A stretch of 12,403 nucleotides of DNA from Candidatus Hodarchaeota archaeon (GCA_016840035.1 JAEOTC010000177.1:1-12403), one strand, 5' to 3'. Shown: positions 4,620 through 12,395, counted from the first letter of the stretch. Program-made: numbers and translations. The notes: a model not told the origin generated them from the letters alone.

Positions 4620-7037
4620 GTGTCATCACGTCAATTTTTACGCAATAGAAGCTATTATCTTGAAGCTCTTAATCAACATCGACGAACTGTCGCATTAATT
4701 ATCGCTGTTATGGTCACTGCTCCGCTTTTTGCTTTTACCTCATTACCTTTAGAGGAAGTCGTTAAACCAATTACCGAGACAAATATTGAGGATATTTTGA
4801 TTCCAGTGCTAGAAAACAGTACCGAAGTGGTAAATGTTACGGATGAAGTGGTACTCAATAGAACTATTGGTGTAAACATCACAGAAGGCGAGAGCTTTTT
4901 TTTAGAACCACAACCTGCTCCTGAAATGATAGATTCTGATATAGTGTTATGCATTGATTTATCCGGAAGTATGGATACTGGATCCCCATTATCTCGAATG
5001 AACATCACACAACTCGCGATACATAGATTCCTACAAGTCTTGAATCGATCAACATCTTTAGGGATTACTGAAGATAGAGTAGCTTTAGTTACTTACTTTG
5101 GATCTCGTGATTTTGATTGGTTTAATGATTCGAGAGTTGATGTAGGATTAGAATATATCAGTAATACTACTCATTTTTCAACTCTCCAAAATGAAACAGA
5201 TGCTCTTACTCCGTACACAACCACTGCTAATTATTATACAGATATTTGGGCCGGTTTAAATTATTCCCTTGATATCTTACTAGATAATCCAAGAAGTACT
5301 CCAACGATGAAACTGATTCTCCTCTTAACAGACGGTGAGCACAATACAGGTCCGTGGGGTATTGATGTAGGCAATGGTAATTATGATGGATTTTTGTCAT
5401 TACAACCGAATGCTTCAGCGAATTATCTTCTAGAAGAAGAATTCGGGCCAAATTCCGCTAATCCTATCATCACCGCAAAGCAAAATGATATCAAAATTTA
5501 TTCAATCGGAATGTTAACCGATGCTGATCAAGAGGAATTCCTACAACAGATTTCAGAAAATCCAACGAATGGAACAGGAGGGAGATATTTTGATGGTGAT
5601 GACATATTCAACCTTAGTGAGGCATTCATTAGAGCGAGAGATGAAGCTTCAGGTTGGACACCAGTTTTAACAAATGATACATCCATAGTAAATACTGGGA
5701 CTTCAGAATATTTTGTATACAATGTAACAGAAGAGACAAAAAGACTAAAATGGGATTTAAACTGGAATTCATCTTCTGTTAATGTAAATCTAACCATCAC
5801 TAATCCAAATGGAACAGTCATTACTCCAAAAAATAACACATTTGAAAACATAAAGTTTCTGATTGGTGAACAACCATATACTATATTAATTGACTTTCCA
5901 CTAAGAGGTAATTGGACATTTCGAATTAACTGGGAAAATATTTCCATTGCTGAATTGGTAAAAGGACGTTTATCTTCATATGAACCACCAATCTTTATTG
6001 AATCTGTTAAAAGGTTAAACGCTACTGATTCTAATCAATCAGTACTTTTCTTGGTAAATGTAACAAACAAGAATCCTACATTTACCTACACTAATATTAC
6101 TCCTTATCTTCTTGGAAACTTTTCTTTAAATAACATTAGTATGAACTGGTCACCATCCTCAATATCTAATCTCCCAAAAAATTCTACTACAAGCTTCCAA
6201 CTAAATCTGACGTTTAATGAACCTGTATTTTTGCAGGGTGATATCTTCTTCAAAGTGAATTGCTCAGAAGGATTTCATGATGCTGTAACTCAAGAAGTGT
6301 TATTGGATTACCGTGTCTTCACAGAAAATATAACTGTGGATAAATATACTACAGAAATTACAGTAACCGAACTTCAGACCATTCAAATTACTGTTACCAG
6401 TTGGGGAACAACTGTGGTCACGAAGAACACCCAACTTCGACGTGATGTTGATACGCTTAAGTGGGCAGGCTTTTTTATTACATTGGGTTTATTATTGTCT
6501 TTCCTTGTTGCATATGTCTCTGCACATGCTTATCAACTTAGAAGCTTAGCAAAGAGTTTTAGAACCCGTTTATTCCCTGATCAAACAATTTTGGAGCTAG
6601 CATTAGAAAAAGAAGGTATTTCTGTCGCGCCAGAAGAACTGAGTGCTATTATTGAGGCAACAGATGATTTAGACCAATTCGGTGAGAATATCTTTACATT
6701 AACGGGGAAAAAATTAACACCAGAAGACCTCATTAGACTCACTTCGGGAGTATCTACAGATCAGGTAATCAGTCGTCTCAGCTTTGTCACAGGACGATCT
6801 CCAGATGAAATTTCTGCGTTATTGAATCAAGCTCCCTCAGTTGAAGCTTTAATAACCCAATTAAGTCTTGATGAGGCACGGTTCCTTGATATTATCACTC
6901 AGGATGAGCAAGTATTAAATTTTCAAGCAAAAGTCTCTACTTTGATATTACCTGTACGAAGAGAAGTATCCCAGATAGTTCTGAAAGATGATTTGGATAT
7001 TTCACGATTCAGATCACGGCTAAGAAAAAAACTATAG
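4620..7037 (+). CDS. Two-TM cell-surface glycoprotein with vWA (MIDAS) domain, beta-sandwich domains and a helical cytoplasmic tail
   Basis: TM1 aa ~24-42. vWA domain with DLSGS (aa 113-117), TDIWAGL, LLTDG, IKIYSIG and TGGRYF. Beta-rich region (DLNW...NLTITNPNG...GNWTFRI). TM2 aa ~615-635 followed by basic residues, then a ~170-aa tail. Confidence 0.88.
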   Translation: MSSRQFLRNRSYYLEALNQHRRTVALIIAVMVTAPLFAFTSLPLEEVVKPITETNIEDILIPVLENSTEVVNVTDEVVLNRTIGVNITEGESFFLEPQPAPEMIDSDIVLCIDLSGSMDTGSPLSRMNITQLAIHRFLQVLNRSTSLGITEDRVALVTYFGSRDFDWFNDSRVDVGLEYISNTTHFSTLQNETDALTPYTTTANYYTDIWAGLNYSLDILLDNPRSTPTMKLILLLTDGEHNTGPWGIDVGNGNYDGFLSLQPNASANYLLEEEFGPNSANPIITAKQNDIKIYSIGMLTDADQEEFLQQISENPTNGTGGRYFDGDDIFNLSEAFIRARDEASGWTPVLTNDTSIVNTGTSEYFVYNVTEETKRLKWDLNWNSSSVNVNLTITNPNGTVITPKNNTFENIKFLIGEQPYTILIDFPLRGNWTFRINWENISIAELVKGRLSSYEPPIFIESVKRLNATDSNQSVLFLVNVTNKNPTFTYTNITPYLLGNFSLNNISMNWSPSSISNLPKNSTTSFQLNLTFNEPVFLQGDIFFKVNCSEGFHDAVTQEVLLDYRVFTENITVDKYTTEITVTELQTIQITVTSWGTTVVTKNTQLRRDVDTLKWAGFFITLGLLLSFLVAYVSAHAYQLRSLAKSFRTRLFPDQTILELALEKEGISVAPEELSAIIEATDDLDQFGENIFTLTGKKLTPEDLIRLTSGVSTDQVISRLSFVTGRSPDEISALLNQAPSVEALITQLSLDEARFLDIITQDEQVLNFQAKVSTLILPVRREVSQIVLKDDLDISRFRSRLRKKL

Positions 7038-7054
7038 TCCATAGAGAAAGGGAT

Positions 7055-7987
7055 TCAGGAACTAAATATTTTATTTTCCAATCTCTCATATTGTTTACTT
7101 GACACAGGTCGTAATGAAGTAGAATCCGCTATTATCTGTGTTATCATCTCAGTTGTAGATTGGAAATCTTTTGCGCATTTCATTTTATGAAAGTGTGAGT
7201 CAACAGTTGGTAATTCGTATTGAGGTATAATTTTCGTAAATTCAGGATCCTCCCTCACCATTCCTAGAACTGGATAAGAAGAGGGTTCCATTATTTTATC
7301 AATCCACTTCTCGCTTAGTACTTTCTCCGAAACTTTATTAAATACTAGACCGTTCAACTGTAGACCGGGTTCAGCAAACATGCTATAGTCTTTGAGAAAA
7401 TCTTCTAGCGTTTTGATTTCCGAAATTGCTTTCTCTACACTAACTTTGTTTAGATCTACTATACCAATAACCATATTTGAGTTTAGTAATGCAGAAATTT
7501 CAAAGAATCTCTTTTGCCTAGCCTCAATAAGTGGAAGATCAAAAAACATGTATTGAGTACCTGCCTTTTCAATAGACTCGGCAATTTCACAAATATGTCT
7601 TGTTAGCTCTAGAGTATCTGACTTTGAAGCTTCGCTTGTCATCCCTCTTTCAAATACAGGGATCATGAAGAAAAGGGGTTCATTTGTGTTTTTATGGGCA
7701 AATTTTGATGGAAAACTACATTTTGACCAATCAAGAGTAGTTTGCGATTCTTTCATTTCTTCTGTGATGGATGTAAGTTCACCCATGCGCATAAGGATTT
7801 TATCCGAGGCAAAGAACTGAATTGTTGTGTACATATTAGAGAAATCAAATATACATGCTAGAGGAAAATCAGGTATCTTCTCTGGTTGTTCTTTCATCCA
7901 TCTTTTAACTAATTCGTAACTTAGGGTCGCCATAACTGGAGTTTGAGAGCTCGTAGTCCCAGCAGAGATATAGGAGATCTTCAACAT
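7055..7987 (-). CDS. MinD/ParA-like (SIMIBI) protein with degenerate Walker A, probable pseudo-ATPase
   Basis: Colinear with the MinD/ParA pattern: KISYIS-AGTTSSQT-PVMATLSYEL (vs IAVxSGKGGVGKTTxxxNLAxxL), CIFDFS (vs LIDxD), QYMFFDLP (vs YIIIDxP), ALLNSNMVIGIV (vs ALxxADxVIIV), GLVFNKV (vs GVVxNRV), YPVLGMVREDPEF (vs PVLGxIPEDPxV). Confidence 0.75.
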   Translation of the reverse strand: MLKISYISAGTTSSQTPVMATLSYELVKRWMKEQPEKIPDFPLACIFDFSNMYTTIQFFASDKILMRMGELTSITEEMKESQTTLDWSKCSFPSKFAHKNTNEPLFFMIPVFERGMTSEASKSDTLELTRHICEIAESIEKAGTQYMFFDLPLIEARQKRFFEISALLNSNMVIGIVDLNKVSVEKAISEIKTLEDFLKDYSMFAEPGLQLNGLVFNKVSEKVLSEKWIDKIMEPSSYPVLGMVREDPEFTKIIPQYELPTVDSHFHKMKCAKDFQSTTEMITQIIADSTSLRPVSSKQYERLENKIFSS

Positions 7988-8020
7988 GAGTAATCCGAAC
8001 CTATCAACTTTGTGACTTAT

Positions 8021-8935
8021 TTAAATGTAATCTCGGAATAATCTTTGGGCATTTTCAAAAAATAGTTTCTTGTAAAAGGAGAGACTCATACGCCTATCTA
8101 GCCAGCTCTCGATAGCATTCTGATAGGCATATGGAATATTCGGGAAATCACTACCAAATAGGATGCGATCGGCAAGCTTTTGCAACTCTTGATTAGTTAC
8201 ATCTTTCAAAGGGTTACTAAAGGCAGGATTCTTATCCACACCAATCATCGCAGTATCAAAATATAAATTTGGAAAATCTTCAACTAAGGTCCACATTTCA
8301 TCAAATTCCATTGCACCCAAATGAGGAACGATGATCTTTAATTCTGGGTACTGTTCCAAAAAGGGACGTAGATATTTAATACCAACGTACGGACATTTTA
8401 ATGTTTTGTTAGGATGATAATTGGAATGATTAGGTCCTGTGCCAATGTGGACAAGTAAAAATCGCTTAAAATCAATGATCTTTTCGTAGACAGGAAGCAT
8501 GCGTTTATCAGAAAGATGAAAAGAAGTTACCATTAATTGCAGCTTTATACCAGCAAAATTAAACGAACCCAATATTCGTTCTGTTTCAGTTATGCAATCT
8601 TCATCATCAGGATGAATTGTACCAAACGGAATTGCTGTCCGGCCATTTTTGAAGGTAGAACAGAAGTTATAAGTCCAATCATTAAGAAAATTTGCGGTTC
8701 CCCTTTTATGGGCGTAATTAAGAACAATTAAATGCCTTACATTGAATTCCATAAGTATTTTATTAGCTAGAGTATCAGTAGTATCCTTTAGGTAAATTGG
8801 CCAATAATTCTGTTCAAAATACTGCCAAATCGACTTAAAGATTCTAGGAGGGAAAAAGTGTGTGTGAGTGTCAAAAATTGGTATGCTATCTAAACGTGAA
8901 TTGGAGAGTGGCTGCATTATACTGTAATCCAACAA
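8021..8935 (-). CDS. Amidohydrolase_2-family TIM-barrel metallohydrolase
   Basis: IFDTHTH (HxH), PFGTIHP, GIKLQ, LVHIG, IIVPHLG, NLYFDTA, RILFGSDFP, ENAQRL. The start may be the ATG at 8917 instead of the TTG at 8935. Confidence 0.92.
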   Translation of the reverse strand: MLDYSIMQPLSNSRLDSIPIFDTHTHFFPPRIFKSIWQYFEQNYWPIYLKDTTDTLANKILMEFNVRHLIVLNYAHKRGTANFLNDWTYNFCSTFKNGRTAIPFGTIHPDDEDCITETERILGSFNFAGIKLQLMVTSFHLSDKRMLPVYEKIIDFKRFLLVHIGTGPNHSNYHPNKTLKCPYVGIKYLRPFLEQYPELKIIVPHLGAMEFDEMWTLVEDFPNLYFDTAMIGVDKNPAFSNPLKDVTNQELQKLADRILFGSDFPNIPYAYQNAIESWLDRRMSLSFYKKLFFENAQRLFRDYI

Positions 8936-9088
8936 CTAAGTCTGGTTTTCGACCAATTATCAAAGAATATTGATGAGAAAATAATAAACTATGGTTGCAC
9001 AGAAAAAACATAAAGCTGTGAGAGTTCGCCAATACCAAATCAGATTTTTATTTCAAGCATATAAAGTGGAATAAATACCCTTTTATTT

Positions 9089-9094
9089 GGAGGA
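9089..9094 (+). promoter_or_regulatory. Shine-Dalgarno site (GGAGGA) for aor
   Basis: GGAGGA ends 8 nt before ATG 9103. Confidence 0.7.
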
Positions 9095-9102
9095 TAAACT
9101 GC

Positions 9103-11283
9103 ATGAACCCATTAGCAGAATTAAAGTATGAATTACGTCCTGTTGAAAAAGGATATGCAAATAGAACATTATATGTAAACTTAACAACCAATGAAATCAG
9201 TATTAAACCTGTTACTGAGGAAATGAAGGAGAAATTTATTGGAGGTAAGGGATTTGACCTCTATCGGATGTGGCACGCCTTACCAAAAGATCGGCCCGTC
9301 AAATGGAATGACCCCGAGAATGAGATATGCATAGCATCAGGGCCTTTGGGCGGTAGCACATTTTATCCAGGTTCTGGAAAATCAATTGTAACAACCATTT
9401 CCCCTTTAACCGATATTATCATAGATTCAAATGTGGGGGGATATTTTGGCCCATACATTAAGTTTAGTGGGTTTGATTGTTTAGAAATCCAAGGAAAAGC
9501 TGAGGAGGAAGTCGTCCTATTCATCAATGGAGATGAAGGAACCGTCACATTGGAAAAAGCAGTTGACCTACCCAATGAAAGCCATCTACTAACTCAACAA
9601 TTAACAGAAAAGTATGCAGTCGATCCAACCGAACGAGAAAAAATCCGCGTTTCTGTTGTTTCTACAGGAGAAGCCGCTAAACATACGAAAATGAGTTGTT
9701 TAAATTTCTCATGGTATAACAAGAAACGAGAATGGGCTTCTTCAAAGCAAGCTGGAAGAGGGGGTATAGGAACAGTATTTGCGGATAAAAAATTGAAAGC
9801 TTTGGTATGTCGGTCTCCCAGAGCCAATGCAAAAATAAACAATCCTGCAGGACCGGAAGGGAAAAATGCTGGAAAGCAACATAACCTGGAAATTATCGAA
9901 AACGATCCAAAACAGAATGAGATGCGAATCGTTGGAACAGGCCACCTACCAGAGATAATGCACGAGTTTGATCTTCTACCAACAGAAAATTTTCGATATG
10001 GTGGTCACCAAACTCTGAGTGGAGAAGATTTTCCCTATACTCGTGAAGTTTGGCGAAATATTTACACCAATACTGGCACAGGTGCTGATGGTTGCTGGAT
10101 TGGTTGTACGATTGCCTGTAGTCATATCACAAAAAATCATACTGTCCTAACTGGCCCCTTTAAAGGTGAGAAAGTCTATGTCGATGGTCCAGAATACGAA
10201 ACAATTGCTGGTTGTGGTTCAAACTGGGGTGTGTGGGATCCAAAAATCGTCTTAGAAGCCAACTTTTACTGTGATACTTATGGCTTAGATACCATCTCAA
10301 TCGGTACAGGAATTGCTTTTGTTATGGAATGTTATGAGGCTAGAATTCTCAATAAAGAAATTACAGGGGGTCTAGAACTTAATTTTGGTAATGGCCTTGC
10401 AGCTTTAGAACTTATTCATCAAATGGCAAGAGGAGAAGGATTCGGAGTTATTGTAGGTCAAGGAATTCGAAATATGAAGGAATATTTTGCCAAAGAGTAT
10501 GGTGCTGATCCTCAATTCGTACAAGATATTGGAATGGAACATAAAGGCCTCGAATTTTCCGAATATGTCACTAAGGAGTCAGTTGCACAACAGGGCGGTT
10601 ATGGGTTCGCATTGAAGGGGCCACAACACGATGAGGCCTGGTTAATCTTCGAGGATCAAGTTCGGAAGAATTTACCAACTTTCGAGGATAAAGCCGAAGC
10701 TTTAGCTTGGTTCCCGTTCTGGAGGACATGGTTTGGATTAAATGGACTATGTAAGCTTCCTTGGAACGATGTAATTCCTCCTGATAACAATGAAAATCCT
10801 CAAAAACCATTAACCCTTCCTGATGCGCGAGCAAAAGTTCCTAAACATGTACAATGGTATGCTGAATACTTTAGTGGTGTTACTGGCATTAAGTCTTCTC
10901 CTGATGATCTCATAAAAATGTCAGAACGAGTATACAATTTTCAGCGAATTTTTAATATTCGTCAAGGTAAGGGATTAAAGGAACACGACTCAGACTTTCC
11001 TTATCGTGCAATGGGTCCTGTTACGAAATTAGAGTACGAGAGTAGACTTGAAAGATATGATACTCAGCTTAAAGAAATCATTGGAATAGATCCTGCAGGG
11101 AAGAGTACAGAGGACAAGATGAAACTTCTCAGAGAATATCGAGAGGAACAATACGCTGGACTTCAAAAGAAGGTCTACGAACGTAGAGGATGGACCGTAA
11201 ATGGTTGTCCCAGTATTGATAAAGTCAAAGAGCTCGGAATTAACTTTGACGATGTTCTACAGGTGATTTCACCACATCAATGA
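9103..11283 (+). CDS. aor: Tungsten-type aldehyde:ferredoxin oxidoreductase (AOR/WOR family)
   Basis: GYANRTLYVNL, FIGGKG, SPLT...SNVGGYFG, AGRGGIG, Fe-S cysteines CWIGCTIAC plus the distal GLCK, GPEYET, CDTYGLDTISIG, RIFNIRQG, YERRGW. Confidence 0.95.
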   Translation: MNPLAELKYELRPVEKGYANRTLYVNLTTNEISIKPVTEEMKEKFIGGKGFDLYRMWHALPKDRPVKWNDPENEICIASGPLGGSTFYPGSGKSIVTTISPLTDIIIDSNVGGYFGPYIKFSGFDCLEIQGKAEEEVVLFINGDEGTVTLEKAVDLPNESHLLTQQLTEKYAVDPTEREKIRVSVVSTGEAAKHTKMSCLNFSWYNKKREWASSKQAGRGGIGTVFADKKLKALVCRSPRANAKINNPAGPEGKNAGKQHNLEIIENDPKQNEMRIVGTGHLPEIMHEFDLLPTENFRYGGHQTLSGEDFPYTREVWRNIYTNTGTGADGCWIGCTIACSHITKNHTVLTGPFKGEKVYVDGPEYETIAGCGSNWGVWDPKIVLEANFYCDTYGLDTISIGTGIAFVMECYEARILNKEITGGLELNFGNGLAALELIHQMARGEGFGVIVGQGIRNMKEYFAKEYGADPQFVQDIGMEHKGLEFSEYVTKESVAQQGGYGFALKGPQHDEAWLIFEDQVRKNLPTFEDKAEALAWFPFWRTWFGLNGLCKLPWNDVIPPDNNENPQKPLTLPDARAKVPKHVQWYAEYFSGVTGIKSSPDDLIKMSERVYNFQRIFNIRQGKGLKEHDSDFPYRAMGPVTKLEYESRLERYDTQLKEIIGIDPAGKSTEDKMKLLREYREEQYAGLQKKVYERRGWTVNGCPSIDKVKELGINFDDVLQVISPHQ

Positions 11284-11293
11284 ATTCTAAGTG

Positions 11294-11301
11294 TTATAAA
11301 A
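11294..11301 (+). promoter_or_regulatory. Candidate TATA box (TTATAAAA) for the M42 peptidase
   Basis: About 30-37 nt upstream of ATG 11331. No strong SD is present, which fits a short-leader or leaderless transcript. Confidence 0.3.
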
Positions 11302-11330
11302 CTATAGAAATTTAAGAAGGCATTAAAAGA

Positions 11331-12395
11331 ATGACATATTCAGTAAATGAAGAATTTCTCGAAAAATTGATTACGACTCCGCGCGCCACAGGATATGAAT
11401 TCTCAGCACAAGGAGTAATTAAAGAGTACCTTGAAGATAAGGTTGATAAAGTTTATGGTGATAGGGTTGGTAACCTTTATGCGGTCGTAAATCCCGATAA
11501 TCCCTTTAAAGTTATGTTAGCGGGGCATGTTGACCAAATCGGCTTTCAAATTAGTCATATAGACAAAAAAGGTTTTCTTTGGTTCCTACCTCTTGGAGGG
11601 TTCGATACTAGTACTTTACCAGGCAAGCGCGTGAAGATGTTTTCAAAGGGAAAATTTATCCCAGGAGTTATCGGAAAAAAGCCCATTCATTTAACCAAAC
11701 CTGAAGAACGTAAAAAAGCTCCAGAGATGGAAAAATTATTCATTGATTGTGGATTCAAAGATAAAAAGGAAGCTCAAGAAAAAATTGATATTGGGGATTT
11801 TGCAGTTTTTGATTATGGATACCAACGATTGGGTGACCATAGATATGCCGTTGCTGCGGGTTTCGATGATGCTATAGGTTCATTCATCGTTGCAGAAATC
11901 ATGAAAGAATTATCCAAAGATAAGGACTTTTACGCAGGTGTATATGGAATTAGCACTGTACAAGAGGAAATTGGTCTTCGAGGTGCAACAGTAGCCTCAA
12001 GAAATTTGAAACCTGATATGGGAATTGCCTTTGATGTGGGTTTTGCTTCCGACAATCCTGAAATTAAGAAGAAACAAGTTGGGGATACGAAACTAGGAGG
12101 AGGCCCGATTGTCTGTATTGGTCCTAACTTCAACCCTATTCTATTTGAGCGAATATTGAACGTTGCAAAAGAAAACGAAATCCCTGTGCAGCGAATTGCC
12201 ACTAATCGTGGGACAGGAACAGATGCGAACGCTATCCAGCTAACAGGAGCAGCTACTGCATTAATTTCCATTCCTAACAGGTATATGCATACTGCCAGTG
12301 AAGTAATTAGTCTTGATGATGTCGAGAATATAGTTAAACTCGTAGTTCAGCTGATAAAATCAATAACCTCAGAAGATACTTTCATACCCTTCTAG
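11331..12395 (+). CDS. M42-family (TET-like) metallo-aminopeptidase
   Basis: LAGHVDQIG, PLGGFD, LFIDCG, FDDAIG, VQEEIGLRGA, AFDVG, GTDA, RYMHT. The H, D, EE, D, H metal and catalytic residues are all present. Confidence 0.95.
   Translation: MTYSVNEEFLEKLITTPRATGYEFSAQGVIKEYLEDKVDKVYGDRVGNLYAVVNPDNPFKVMLAGHVDQIGFQISHIDKKGFLWFLPLGGFDTSTLPGKRVKMFSKGKFIPGVIGKKPIHLTKPEERKKAPEMEKLFIDCGFKDKKEAQEKIDIGDFAVFDYGYQRLGDHRYAVAAGFDDAIGSFIVAEIMKELSKDKDFYAGVYGISTVQEEIGLRGATVASRNLKPDMGIAFDVGFASDNPEIKKKQVGDTKLGGGPIVCIGPNFNPILFERILNVAKENEIPVQRIATNRGTGTDANAIQLTGAATALISIPNRYMHTASEVISLDDVENIVKLVVQLIKSITSEDTFIPF

Noticed and set aside
4203-7037. Idea that the ubiquitin-like protein and the vWA protein form an Rpn10-like or ubiquitin-conjugation system
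   Set aside because: The vWA domain is predicted to be extracellular and glycosylated, the genes are separated by 138 nt with a candidate promoter, and no E1, E2 or JAB gene is in the window.
7055-7987. Calling the MinD-like gene a pseudogene or a true minD/parA
   Set aside because: The ORF is full-length with no stops or frameshifts, yet the essential Walker A lysines are missing, so neither label fits.
9011-9060. GAGTTCGCC upstream of aor, resembling the fluoride (crcB) riboswitch core; a Moco/Wco riboswitch was also considered
   Set aside because: The pairing 5' GGCGATG segment and the downstream TAATGAC-type pseudoknot strand are absent. No Moco/Wco-like multi-stem structure is visible.
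8943-9090. Several short inverted repeats in the divergent amidohydrolase/aor gap (TGGT/ACCA, ATCAA/TTGAT, CACAG/CTGTG, AATAAA/TTTATT)
   Set aside because: Arms are only 4-6 bp, share no consensus, and are expected by chance in AT-rich DNA.
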